Below are positions 50,362 to 59,781 of a stretch of DNA of 64,000 nucleotides, in pieces; positions within the stretch are counted from its first letter, which is position 1, and the number at the start of each line of letters is the position of its first letter. The DNA lies in NCBI GenBank assembly GCA_963745835.1, contig CAVUZH010000003.1, positions 736,001 to 800,000 on the forward strand, read 5' to 3'. Source of the stretch: an uncultured delta proteobacterium (GTDB lineage: Bacteria > Desulfobacterota > Binatia > UBA9968). The notes below the pieces were generated by a model. That model saw only the letters and a list, made by a program, of their open reading frames with translations. It did no database searches and was not told the DNA's origin. Position numbers and translations under genes: made by a program.

Positions 50362-51447
50362 ATGGATTATAAAAGCTTGGCGTGGTCGCCGGCTTCGGAT
50401 CCGCGTTCTGCGCATCCGAGTCTTAACTCGGTCATCGACTCACCGCCCTATCTACTCTACCGCAGTGATACGGCATTTAAGCCATTGTACGTTTCTCTAA
50501 ACTCAGCAGCTCTCTTGGGCGTAGCTAATGAAAATTTTCTCGGGAATGCAGGCATATGGGAACAAATCATTCCTAAATGCGACCAGAAAAAAGTCTTTGA
50601 TAAGTTCAAGGAGCTAGACTGTTCAGCTGAGATTTCTTTTCTACATCGGATACTCGACGGGTTTGGGGTACCGACCTGGGTTTCACATCGAGTGACCAGG
50701 GTGGTCGATAATGGAGCGCCTAGCCTGTACGGATTTATAGCGCCGATCGCCTGTAACGATTTTTTTCGCTTGTTGGAGCCGTCAACGATCTCCAGTTTTA
50801 TTCATAAGTTGGGAAATCATTTTCAACTACTCAACTTGGCATTTAACTCAATCCGAAAAGGTGGTGCTGACGCGGATGATCTGAATATTCTTCAAGAGGC
50901 GTTGGATAAGTCGATAATTTTGACCCGGGCGTTTTCCGAATACACTCAAGAACCAGCCTGGGTGCCGGCGTTCGAATTCCGGGAAATCATCGATGCCGCA
51001 GTCAACAATTCAAGTTCAGCTTTTATCCATTCCGAGGTTGAAGTTCAGCGCGACTGTGACCCACGTCTGGAACGATTAAACATCTCGGGAGACCCTTATC
51101 TTCTGGAATTAGCGGTTCGGGCACTTTTCGAGAATGCCATCGAAGCAACAAATAAACGCGGCAAAATCAAACTCGAAGTATCGGTGCACTCTCTCGGCGG
51201 TATGCCGGCTGGATTGAGACTGCTTGTGAGTGATAATGGAATCGGGATAGCCGCGAGTAATCTAGCCAAGGTGATGCTTCCTTTCTTTAGCACGAAAACG
51301 GATCACGTCGGTCTGGGGCTTTGTATGGCATCTAGATTCATCGAAATGCATGGCGGTAATCTAAAAATCAAAAGCTCAATGGAAAAAGGAACGGATGTAT
51401 TGGTTTTTTTACCGTTGAAAGGGAATGTTCAGGATGCTTGTCGCTAA
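50362..51447 (+). CDS. Cytoplasmic sensor histidine kinase (PAS-like + HisKA-like + HATPase)
   Basis: H-box FIHKLGNHFQLL, N-box FENAIEA, DNGIGI, PFFSTK, GLGL, MHGG; no TM segment. Confidence 0.85.
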   Translation: MDYKSLAWSPASDPRSAHPSLNSVIDSPPYLLYRSDTAFKPLYVSLNSAALLGVANENFLGNAGIWEQIIPKCDQKKVFDKFKELDCSAEISFLHRILDGFGVPTWVSHRVTRVVDNGAPSLYGFIAPIACNDFFRLLEPSTISSFIHKLGNHFQLLNLAFNSIRKGGADADDLNILQEALDKSIILTRAFSEYTQEPAWVPAFEFREIIDAAVNNSSSAFIHSEVEVQRDCDPRLERLNISGDPYLLELAVRALFENAIEATNKRGKIKLEVSVHSLGGMPAGLRLLVSDNGIGIAASNLAKVMLPFFSTKTDHVGLGLCMASRFIEMHGGNLKIKSSMEKGTDVLVFLPLKGNVQDACR

Positions 51448-51488
51448 TTTTGGAAATGGGCTGAATCTTACAAATGCTGAGATGTCCT

Positions 51489-52874
51489 ATGTATAGCGTG
51501 CTTATCGTTGAAGATCACGACCGTCTGCGAGAGCAGCTAGGGCAATTCTATGAGCAAGAAGGGTATAAAGTAACGACCGCGGCTTGCGGTGAGGAGGGAT
51601 TGCAGAAACTAACGCAAGAAAAATTTGTCCTTGTGGTTTCGGACGTTAAGATGCCGGGAATCGACGGCTTTCAGTTGGCACGCCACGTCCGGGAAAGATA
51701 CCCGGATACAGATGTCATTCTGACGACCGCGTTCGGCAATATCAAACAAGCTGTGGAGGCGATGAAAATAGGCGCAAGTGATTACATTACCAAGCCCTTT
51801 CAGCCTGAAGTCATTCGTCATGTTAGCGAAAAACTGATTGAACGGAGACGCCTTCTGGAAGAGGTGAAGCAGTTGCGCCAGCGAATCAATGAAGAGCATC
51901 AACTTGAGAATATCTTGAGCAAGAGCCCGAAAATGCTCAAGGTTTTTGACCTAATACGCTCGCTAGCCGAAACCGATTCGGGGGTTATGATAACCGGGGA
52001 AACGGGAACCGGTAAGGAGCTGGTTGCGCGCGCAATCCACAATTTAAGCCGGCGTAAGGACAAACAATTTGTTCCGATCAACTGCGGCGCTTTTCCGGAG
52101 ACACTGCTTGAGAGTGAGTTGTTCGGGTATGAAAGGGGCGCCTTCACGGGCGCCGTCCAAAGTCGCGCAGGCAAGATCGAATCCGCAGACAAAGGAACGC
52201 TTTTTTTGGATGAGATAGAAGCGATGGCGGCGCCGATGCAAGTTAAGCTTCTACGAGTGCTTCAACAGCGTGAAGTAGAGCGGCTAGGAGGTAATCGAAG
52301 ATCGAAGATCGATATGCGGGTAATTGCGGCAGCGAACGTGGATTTAACGCTGTGTTTGGCACGGGGAACTCTGCGAGAGGATTTCTACTATCGAATTAAC
52401 GTGATACCGATCCAACTTCCGCCACTACGAGAGCGTCTGGAAGATTTGCCGTTACTGATCGACCATATATTGAGCCGTCACCCCGTCGCTAAAGAAAAAA
52501 ATGTTAAACAACTGACGCCGCAAGTACTGGATCAGATGCTGGGCTACAACTGGCCAGGAAACATACGCGAGCTCGAGAATATTCTTGAGCGCGCTATAGT
52601 CAAATGTCGCGGCGAAATCATTGATATCGTCGATTTGCCGGCGGCACCTCAACGGGTGGTTGATTCCTACCATGCAAAAAATGGTGATAGAGAAGTATCC
52701 TTGAGGCAATGGCTCTCCAGCAGCGAGAAAGAATACCTCCGCAGTCTCTTGATTAAGTACAAAGGTAGTATTTCGTCTACAGCCAAGGAGGCAAAGGTCG
52801 ACAACAAAACGCTGTACCGAAAAATGCGACGCCACGGACTGCACAAGGAATCATTTAAGGATCTTGCTTTTTAA
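51489..52874 (+). CDS. Sigma54-dependent NtrC-family response regulator
   Basis: Receiver VSDVKMP, Walker A GETGTGKE, ESELFGYERGAFTGA, FLDEI, WPGNIRELEN, C-terminal HTH. Confidence 0.95.
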   Translation: MYSVLIVEDHDRLREQLGQFYEQEGYKVTTAACGEEGLQKLTQEKFVLVVSDVKMPGIDGFQLARHVRERYPDTDVILTTAFGNIKQAVEAMKIGASDYITKPFQPEVIRHVSEKLIERRRLLEEVKQLRQRINEEHQLENILSKSPKMLKVFDLIRSLAETDSGVMITGETGTGKELVARAIHNLSRRKDKQFVPINCGAFPETLLESELFGYERGAFTGAVQSRAGKIESADKGTLFLDEIEAMAAPMQVKLLRVLQQREVERLGGNRRSKIDMRVIAAANVDLTLCLARGTLREDFYYRINVIPIQLPPLRERLEDLPLLIDHILSRHPVAKEKNVKQLTPQVLDQMLGYNWPGNIRELENILERAIVKCRGEIIDIVDLPAAPQRVVDSYHAKNGDREVSLRQWLSSSEKEYLRSLLIKYKGSISSTAKEAKVDNKTLYRKMRRHGLHKESFKDLAF

Positions 52875-53269
52875 AGCCGCTAAAACCGTCCCTTTGTCTC
52901 TTAGTTATTTCCCCCCGCACCTTAAACCGCGATAGACTAGTATAGCGAGTGCAAGTTCTTCCAGCACGGCGAGTCTTCTCGGATTCAAGCACTTTCTTCC
53001 TCCTAGAACCGGTTGTAACGCACAAAACATACCTGAAAACACCCGAACCATCTTAGTTATCTTCACCTTCGGGCGGATTTGCCTTTCCGTCGGGCCTTAT
53101 CACCAAACCGGGTCTCAAGAGAGTAGCATCGGTTTATGTGGTTCGAGCACCGAACGTCCGATCCAGCTCATACAAAGCGGCTGTTAAAACAATTGGTTAG
53201 TTCGTACGACGTGAGTTTATTTCCAACGCTTTTGTAAAAGACATTTATCATCGGCTTGGCAGTTCAGTC

Positions 53270-53286
53270 GTGGCACTCGCCTTGCT
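53270..53286 (+). promoter_or_regulatory. Sigma54 promoter heading the antiterminator-EPS operon
   Basis: GTGGCACTCGCCTTGCT, near-perfect match to YTGGCACG-N4-TTGCW. Confidence 0.75.
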
Positions 53287-53299
53287 GAACTGGGTGAGC

Positions 53300-53851
53300 A
53301 TGAGTTCATTACAGAGCGGGAATCGGCAATGGTTTGTTGTTTACAGCAAACCTCAAAAGGAAGACTACGCCCAAGTTCACCTAAAACAAAAAGGGGTCGA
53401 AGTGTTTTATCCTCGGTTGTCATTGCCGAGGTCTTCGCAAAAGCGCAAGTTGGTGATTCCACTTTTTCCCAGTTATCTTTTCGTTCGAATCGATCTTTGG
53501 AGTCAATATTATGCAGTCCTTTGGGCGCCGGGCGTGAAGAACTTTGTCAGCTTTAACGACACGCCGGCGCCTTTAGAGGGTGGGATCGCAGAGTATTTAC
53601 TTCAGGGCGCAAATTCTGAAGGAATCATAGAGGCTCATTGCAACTTAAAGGTCGGACAAGAGGTTCAAATACGGGGTGGATCTTTCGACGGTCTTGTCGG
53701 TTTACTGCAAAATGTGCCCGACGCAAGAGGTCGTGTTAAAGTTCTAATGCGACTGTTAAATCGAGAGATCAAAGTGGAAGTTCCAGTTCATTCAGTCGCC
53801 GCTTCGTGGGTTCCGCATGAACGTCATCTCGAAGCAATTATCAGTCATTAG
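53300..53851 (+). CDS. Specialised NusG paralog (RfaH/UpxY/LoaP-like antiterminator)
   Basis: WFVVYSKPQKE, PLFPSYLFV (NGN domain), GQEVQIRGGSFDGLVG (KOW); heads a polysaccharide operon. Confidence 0.9.
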   Translation: MSSLQSGNRQWFVVYSKPQKEDYAQVHLKQKGVEVFYPRLSLPRSSQKRKLVIPLFPSYLFVRIDLWSQYYAVLWAPGVKNFVSFNDTPAPLEGGIAEYLLQGANSEGIIEAHCNLKVGQEVQIRGGSFDGLVGLLQNVPDARGRVKVLMRLLNREIKVEVPVHSVAASWVPHERHLEAIISH

Positions 53852-54173
53852 GTAAGTGTCGCCAGTGTTGCATTCTCGTTAGCATTAGGTGTACGCACCG
53901 AAGCAAGCTTCCCCTTTCGCTAAGCGTAGAACGAAAAGGTTCCACGCATATGAGACGTAAAAACAGGGATTGCGTTGCACTCAGAAGGGGACGCAATCGG
54001 CCTTACTCGGCGGAGCTATGTTGACCGGCTCCCAAGAGTGTCTACTACTTCAGCACCTATTTTCGCGCTCATCTCAACTCTTTCCTGATACGAATTGTAC
54101 TTTCTACAAGGCAACCGTGAAGACATCCGCTGAGCGCGTGCGGTCTTCTCGCAAAATGCGCACAGGAGTCACT

Positions 54174-55232
54174 ATGATTCATGTCTGTTGGAAAAGAAGG
54201 TCCCTAACCGTGTTCCTTGCGCTTGTGTTAGGGGGGTGCGGCACGGTATCGCAAAATCCGCCGATGAACCGCACCGAAACATCTGCCGCGATACCCAGTT
54301 CATCTACCTTCGCGGCGGACATCAATCGCAGTATCGCGGCGGCGGCAATGCTTCAAAGCTCGGCAGCGTCGACCGATTATCGAATAGGTCCCGAGGATTT
54401 GCTCGAAATCACGTTGTTCAATATCCCGGAAGCAGCCGGAATGGACCGGCAAGTCACGCCCCGAACTGTGACGGTTCGGGTGACACAGCGAGGGCAAATC
54501 TCACTACCTCTGCTTGGCGAAGTAGATGCTAAAGGAGTAACTGTCTCGGAGCTAGAAAAGAGACTGCGGGAGGGATTTGACAGGTATATTTACAATCCGC
54601 AGGTCGGTATTTTGATCAGAGAGTTTCGACAGAAGGTCTCAATTATAGGGGCCGTTCAAAAGCCCGGTGTCGTTGAGCTGACCGGCCCAAAATCTGTGAT
54701 CGAAGTCCTGGCTATGGCTGGAGGCGTTTCCGAAAAAGCTGGCAGTCAAGTTCATATCTATCGCGGCCATGGTACTGAGCGGGAGACTCACGTCATAGAT
54801 CTTGCCATCTTGGCGAATGGAACCGGTTTGATCAATGCAAGCAATGCCGGAATGATAAACATGCCGGTTACCGCCGGTGACATGATCAACGTACCGGAGA
54901 GCGGAATGTATTTTGTCGATGGCGCAGTACGCAAACCGGGTTCATATCCACTTGGTCGACAATATTCTCTCACGCAGGCTCTTGCCAGTGCGGGTGGTAT
55001 AGATACTGAGTTGTATTCGAGCGAAATATCGATTTTCCGGCGCAAAGGTCCGGGGCAAGTTGAAACCTTGGCCTTTAATCTGGACAACATAATGGCCGGA
55101 ACAGCAACTGATCCTCCGATCCAGCCTGATGACGTAATCATGTTGCCGATCAGCACCGCCAAGTTCTTTGTCAAACGTTTCGTCGGAACATTGGTTGGAG
55201 GAATTTCAATCGGTTCATTCCTCGGTATGTGA
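54174..55232 (+). CDS. wza: Polysaccharide export lipoprotein (Wza/OPX family)
   Basis: RBS AGGAG, lipobox VLGGC, DYRIGPEDLLEI, GQISLPLLGEV, SLBB repeats GAVQKPG / GAVRKPG. Confidence 0.88.
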   Translation: MIHVCWKRRSLTVFLALVLGGCGTVSQNPPMNRTETSAAIPSSSTFAADINRSIAAAAMLQSSAASTDYRIGPEDLLEITLFNIPEAAGMDRQVTPRTVTVRVTQRGQISLPLLGEVDAKGVTVSELEKRLREGFDRYIYNPQVGILIREFRQKVSIIGAVQKPGVVELTGPKSVIEVLAMAGGVSEKAGSQVHIYRGHGTERETHVIDLAILANGTGLINASNAGMINMPVTAGDMINVPESGMYFVDGAVRKPGSYPLGRQYSLTQALASAGGIDTELYSSEISIFRRKGPGQVETLAFNLDNIMAGTATDPPIQPDDVIMLPISTAKFFVKRFVGTLVGGISIGSFLGM

Positions 55233-55255
55233 ACAGCATAGTTTAAGGGAACAAA

Positions 55256-58093
55256 ATGAACGATCTTTCTTCATGGCGGACTCGTGGGGTTCCGCAAAAC
55301 GAGCAGCCTGAGCCGAAGTATTTTTCGCGACGCGAGCCGGAAGAGGTCCCTCTTTCCCATTACTGGAATATCCTAGTTAAACGCCGCAACATCATCGTTC
55401 CTATCTTTTTAGTAATAGTGTTAGCCGGGTCTTATTTCGCTTTATCAGCGACAAAGCTCTATAGGGCGAGTGCGACGATCAAAATCGAGCCGCAGAACCC
55501 ACAAGTAACGGGTATTAATGAATTACAGCCGCTAGACTGGCGCGGCGAATATGATTACTACCAAACGCAATTCGCCCTTTTGTCAAGCAGGCCACTGGCA
55601 GCGAGGGTCATCATTGAGTTGGGTCTCGACTCAAATAGGACTTTCAGAGATGCTCAAGTCGTCAGCCCCAATCCGATCGACCATGTCAAAGCTTGGATCT
55701 CTCGCGCTTTGGGATTTGTCTCCTATTATTTGTCTCCGCTTTTCAAATCTGAGTCGGACGGAAAAGGATCTCAGCTGGCGAATAGAAGCAGTAGCCAGGT
55801 CAAACTCGAGCCTGAGTTGAGCCTTTCGCCTGGTCTGATTAGCCGCTATTTAGGCTTTATCAACATCGAACCGGTCAAGAAAACGCGTTTAGTTAGGGTT
55901 CATTTTACAACGCCCGATCGGGCTTTGTCACAGGCACTTGCCAATGCTCATGTCGAAAATTTTATGCGGATGAGCCTGGAGGGCCGGTTCAGCCTCACCA
56001 GAGAAGCACGCGATTTCCTGGAGGAGAAAAAGAGTGAGCTCCGGCGAAGGTTGGAGAAAGCCGAAATGGCGCTTAACAATTTTCGCCGCTCTCACGGTGT
56101 GGTCTCAGTAGAGAAAGGGGAGAACATCGTCGTAGATAGGTTGGTTGACTTTAACAAGCAGCTCACCGCGGCAAGGGCACAGCGGATCGAGGCTGAATCC
56201 CTGTATCGTACGGTCGAAAACCGCAACAATCAGGAACTTGCTGAAGTAATGAAACAAGGATTGGTCCAGCACCTCAAGGGCAACGTCGCTACACTGGAGG
56301 CTGAAAAGGCCCGGGTGGGTACGGTTTTCCGACCAGATCACCCCCGAATCCAAGAGCTGAATCAGCAGATTGCCGCTGCGCGTCAAGCGTTCGATGACGA
56401 AATTGCTCAGGCGGTCCGTGGAATTAAGTCAGCCTACTCAGCAGCGCTTGCTAAAGAACGCGGTCTAGAAGCCGAGGCCGATAAACAGCAGCACGCCGCT
56501 CTCAGGTTGCGGGAATTGGGTGTTGATTACACACTTCTTCAGGAAGAAGTGAATGCGAACCGATCGTTGTATGAGAGTGTGCTAAAACGCCTAAGTGAAA
56601 CCAACGTTGCCAGTGACCTTGCCGTCTCTAACATGCAAATTGCCGAAAGAGCGGCTATGCCGCGGGGTTCGTCGGGACCCGATGTCGGTATGTATTTATT
56701 GGCTAGTATGGTTTCGGGTCTGTTTCTCGGAATAGGTGCGGCCTTCCTGCGTGAATTCGCTGATTCCGGAATCGCTACGCCTGACGTAGTCTGGCGGTCC
56801 GTTGGTCTCGGTACGCTTGGAGTCATTCCTGAGTTGAAGGGCCGGGGAATGTCTGCTGGCCGGCTCATCGATCGCGTTTACTCCCGCCAGAAAGAAGCTT
56901 CCAAGCTGTTACCGCCACCACGTTCGGCAGCGAAGGACCTGGTTCTTAATCAAAGCTCGCTTTCGATTGTCAGCGAGTCTTACCGGACGATTCGGACCTC
57001 ATTACTTCTGTCGCAGCCCGAGAAGCCTCCGCGGGTAATCCTACTTACCAGTCCTTCGCCTGGTGAGGGCAAGACGGTCACAAGTTTGAATCTCGCCATC
57101 GCTTTGGCTGAGGACGGTTATTCGGTTGTATTGGTCGATGCCGACATGCGGAAGGGGTGTTGTCATGAACGTTTGGGATTAGGGAGGAACGGGGGCCTTT
57201 CGAATGTTCTCAGCGGTGGCCTGTTACTGCGAGACGCCCTACAGCAGACGTCCGTCGAGCGGTTAGCTTTATTGTCGCGCGGCATCCCGCCACCGAATCC
57301 GACGGAGCTTCTAGGATCCCGCAAGATGAAGGAAGTGTTGACTGAGCTGCGGCAACGTTATGATTTCATCATTATCGACTCACCTCCGGTGATCGCGATC
57401 AGCGACGCATCGATCTTGTCGGTTATAGCGGAGGGAGTGCTCCTGGTGCTGAATGCTCAGACCACTTCCATCCCCTATGCACAAAAGGCGGTGGAGCGTC
57501 TCGACGTCATCCGTGCTCATCTTCTCGGTGTGATTCTCAATGCGGTAAATCTCGATGATCCGCATTATTCCTATTACCAGAGTTACAAAGCGTATTACAC
57601 CAATGGGATCGGGAGTGATGCCGGTGTTGATATCAATGGCCACGCAAGCGTCTATGTGCAGAGCGAGAAATCAATAGAGACTAGTCAGCGGCTGGCAAGC
57701 ATGGAGGAAGAAATCGACGTCGGGAGATTGAAGAACGTAAATGGAAACGGTGCCCGGAGTTCCAAGTCTCCTAGACCGAGTTTCGAACCCGCCGTAGAAG
57801 AGCCTTTTGTGACAGCCGATAAGCCGCTGACGGGCTTATCATTGAACCAAGCACAAGCCGCCGGTCCATTAACCAATTGCACTCTGAATCGAGTCATTGA
57901 AGCGCTCAGCGACGCCATCGGCCCAATTGCTCCGATCATTGTTCAGGAGCACATCGCCGCGCTCGGTGAGTCGCGGTATGGCTTTCCAGAACACCGGATC
58001 GATGAGCTGGTGAAATCGCTTCAAGCGGCAATTACAGATGGCGAACTGCAGTCGTTTTCAAAAAACTTAGTCGGAAAAGATTCTCTCTCTTAA
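55256..58093 (+). CDS. wzc: Polysaccharide co-polymerase / tyrosine autokinase (Wzc/GumC) with C-terminal extension
   Basis: Two TM segments, coiled coil, SESYRTIRT, Walker A SPGEGKT, DADMR, IIDSPP, Tyr cluster HYSYYQSYKAYY. Confidence 0.92.
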   Translation: MNDLSSWRTRGVPQNEQPEPKYFSRREPEEVPLSHYWNILVKRRNIIVPIFLVIVLAGSYFALSATKLYRASATIKIEPQNPQVTGINELQPLDWRGEYDYYQTQFALLSSRPLAARVIIELGLDSNRTFRDAQVVSPNPIDHVKAWISRALGFVSYYLSPLFKSESDGKGSQLANRSSSQVKLEPELSLSPGLISRYLGFINIEPVKKTRLVRVHFTTPDRALSQALANAHVENFMRMSLEGRFSLTREARDFLEEKKSELRRRLEKAEMALNNFRRSHGVVSVEKGENIVVDRLVDFNKQLTAARAQRIEAESLYRTVENRNNQELAEVMKQGLVQHLKGNVATLEAEKARVGTVFRPDHPRIQELNQQIAAARQAFDDEIAQAVRGIKSAYSAALAKERGLEAEADKQQHAALRLRELGVDYTLLQEEVNANRSLYESVLKRLSETNVASDLAVSNMQIAERAAMPRGSSGPDVGMYLLASMVSGLFLGIGAAFLREFADSGIATPDVVWRSVGLGTLGVIPELKGRGMSAGRLIDRVYSRQKEASKLLPPPRSAAKDLVLNQSSLSIVSESYRTIRTSLLLSQPEKPPRVILLTSPSPGEGKTVTSLNLAIALAEDGYSVVLVDADMRKGCCHERLGLGRNGGLSNVLSGGLLLRDALQQTSVERLALLSRGIPPPNPTELLGSRKMKEVLTELRQRYDFIIIDSPPVIAISDASILSVIAEGVLLVLNAQTTSIPYAQKAVERLDVIRAHLLGVILNAVNLDDPHYSYYQSYKAYYTNGIGSDAGVDINGHASVYVQSEKSIETSQRLASMEEEIDVGRLKNVNGNGARSSKSPRPSFEPAVEEPFVTADKPLTGLSLNQAQAAGPLTNCTLNRVIEALSDAIGPIAPIIVQEHIAALGESRYGFPEHRIDELVKSLQAAITDGELQSFSKNLVGKDSLS

Positions 58094-58307
58094 CTGGTCG
58101 AAGTTTCGCTTTCCACAATTTCCTAAACCTGTGTGGTTCAGCGCCTTGAGCTCTAGGCGGCATGATTGCTCTCCAGTCGCAGACGCGCGAAGCAAAACTC
58201 CGGAACAAACTCTCACCTGAAGTACAGATAAAGTTGATCGGCTAAGTCTCGCCGGCTAAGTCTAACCCCTTAGCCGGAGTGTGGCACCCCGCCGTATAGC
58301 TCTCAAT

Positions 58308-58874
58308 ATGTCACCCACTTTCCGGCGTAGCGTCCTCCAAAGAGCAGTAAAAATTACGGATCTTACGGCCGTTACTGCCGTTTTTTTTATCGCCTTCGCA
58401 ATTGCCTCAGACTCTCTCACTTTGCTCAGTTTTGCCGAGCTCTTAGCCATACGAATTAAATTATCTAATCTGCTTTATTTTGCCGGCTATATTGGGGTTT
58501 GCGCGGTAACGTTTGCCAGCTGCGGCCTTTACGTGTCGCACAGGCTTTCTCGGTTGGGCCGGCATCTCCGTGAGATATTAATCGGGGTAACTTTCATCAC
58601 TACAGTGCTGCTGCTTTTAAGGCAGCCATTGGAGTTTACTTTCGCCAGCAACTATTTCTTAGTTGTCTTTTGGTTACTCAATACCGCCGCTCTCACATTG
58701 CCCCGCATGATAGGTTATCAACTGCTTCGTCGTGCACGTGCACACGGAAGAAATTTGCGGCGAATTGTCATTGTAGGAGAAGGATCAAATGGTAGGGCTC
58801 TAGCGAAACGCCTCGAAAACGAAGTCACACTTGGTTACAAAGTCGTGCAGATCATTGATGCAATGGAGCGTTAG
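58308..58874 (+). CDS. N-terminal membrane part of a WcaJ/WbaP-like priming glycosyltransferase
   Basis: Four TM segments then RAHGRNLRRIVIVGEG...LGYKVV; start uncertain (GTG 58281 or ATG 58308). Confidence 0.72.
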   Translation: MSPTFRRSVLQRAVKITDLTAVTAVFFIAFAIASDSLTLLSFAELLAIRIKLSNLLYFAGYIGVCAVTFASCGLYVSHRLSRLGRHLREILIGVTFITTVLLLLRQPLEFTFASNYFLVVFWLLNTAALTLPRMIGYQLLRRARAHGRNLRRIVIVGEGSNGRALAKRLENEVTLGYKVVQIIDAMER

Positions 58875-58876
58875 CG

Positions 58877-59728
58877 ATGAATGAAACGCAAGTCGTCGAA
58901 GAACTCAACTCAGTGATTGCTGATCAGGCTGTTGACGAAGTGCTTGTGGCGCTTCCGATAGACAAATACGGATCTCTGGTGGAAACCATCGTGCGCCAAT
59001 GTGAAGTGCAAGGCGTCATCGTCCGGGTTCAGACCGGAATGACTAACTTGCACGTTGGAAAGGCATACGTGGATGAGTTACAGGGCGTCCCGGTGATGAC
59101 CATCCAGTCCGGACCGCTGGACAGTTGGCAGCTGGTTGCAAAGAGGGTGATCGATCTTTTAGGAAGTGCGACTCTCCTGTTTGCCTTGGCACCATTCCTA
59201 ATTTTCGTTGCGATACTTATCCGCTTTGATTCGCCCGGGCCGGTGTTCTTTACGCAAGAGAGAGTTGGATTGAATAAGAGGCGCTTTCGAATTTTAAAAT
59301 TTCGAACCATGACGGATGGCTCCGATCAGCAGCAGGGCAGCTTGGAACATCTCAATGAAGCAGAAGGCCCTGTCTTCAAAATTAGGAACGATCCTCGTGT
59401 GACCCCATTGGGTCGATTTTTGCGGCGATTTAGCATCGATGAATTGCCCCAGCTCATCAATGTACTGAAGGGCGATATGAGCCTAGTCGGTCCACGACCC
59501 CTGCCAATTCGGGATGTCAATCGCATCGATCATCAGTGGCACAAGCGTCGGTTTAGCATAAAACCAGGGATCACATGTCTATGGCAAGTGAATGGCCGAA
59601 GCAACATTGGCTTTAATGATTGGGTGCGAATGGATCTGGATTACATCGACAAATGGTCCCTCGCGCTGGACCTTTTGATACTCATGAAAACTATCCCGGC
59701 AGTCTTCCGAGGGCCAGGAGCCTACTAG
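58877..59728 (+). CDS. Undecaprenyl-phosphate sugar phosphotransferase catalytic part (WcaJ-like)
   Basis: VDEVLVALP, KRVIDL, KFRTM, DPRVTPLGRFLRRFSIDELPQLINVLKGDMSLVGPRP, KPGIT. Confidence 0.92.
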   Translation: MNETQVVEELNSVIADQAVDEVLVALPIDKYGSLVETIVRQCEVQGVIVRVQTGMTNLHVGKAYVDELQGVPVMTIQSGPLDSWQLVAKRVIDLLGSATLLFALAPFLIFVAILIRFDSPGPVFFTQERVGLNKRRFRILKFRTMTDGSDQQQGSLEHLNEAEGPVFKIRNDPRVTPLGRFLRRFSIDELPQLINVLKGDMSLVGPRPLPIRDVNRIDHQWHKRRFSIKPGITCLWQVNGRSNIGFNDWVRMDLDYIDKWSLALDLLILMKTIPAVFRGPGAY

Positions 59729-59781
59729 TTATTCTATGTGCACCTGCCCACATCTAAGCCTTTGATAATCCCGAGAATTCT

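Noticed and set aside
53890-54035. c-di-GMP-I riboswitch or canonical ops/JUMPstart element
   Set aside because: Only fragments match (GGGACGCAA, GGCGGAGC); the GNRA-capped P2, its receptor and the full GGCGGTAG are missing.
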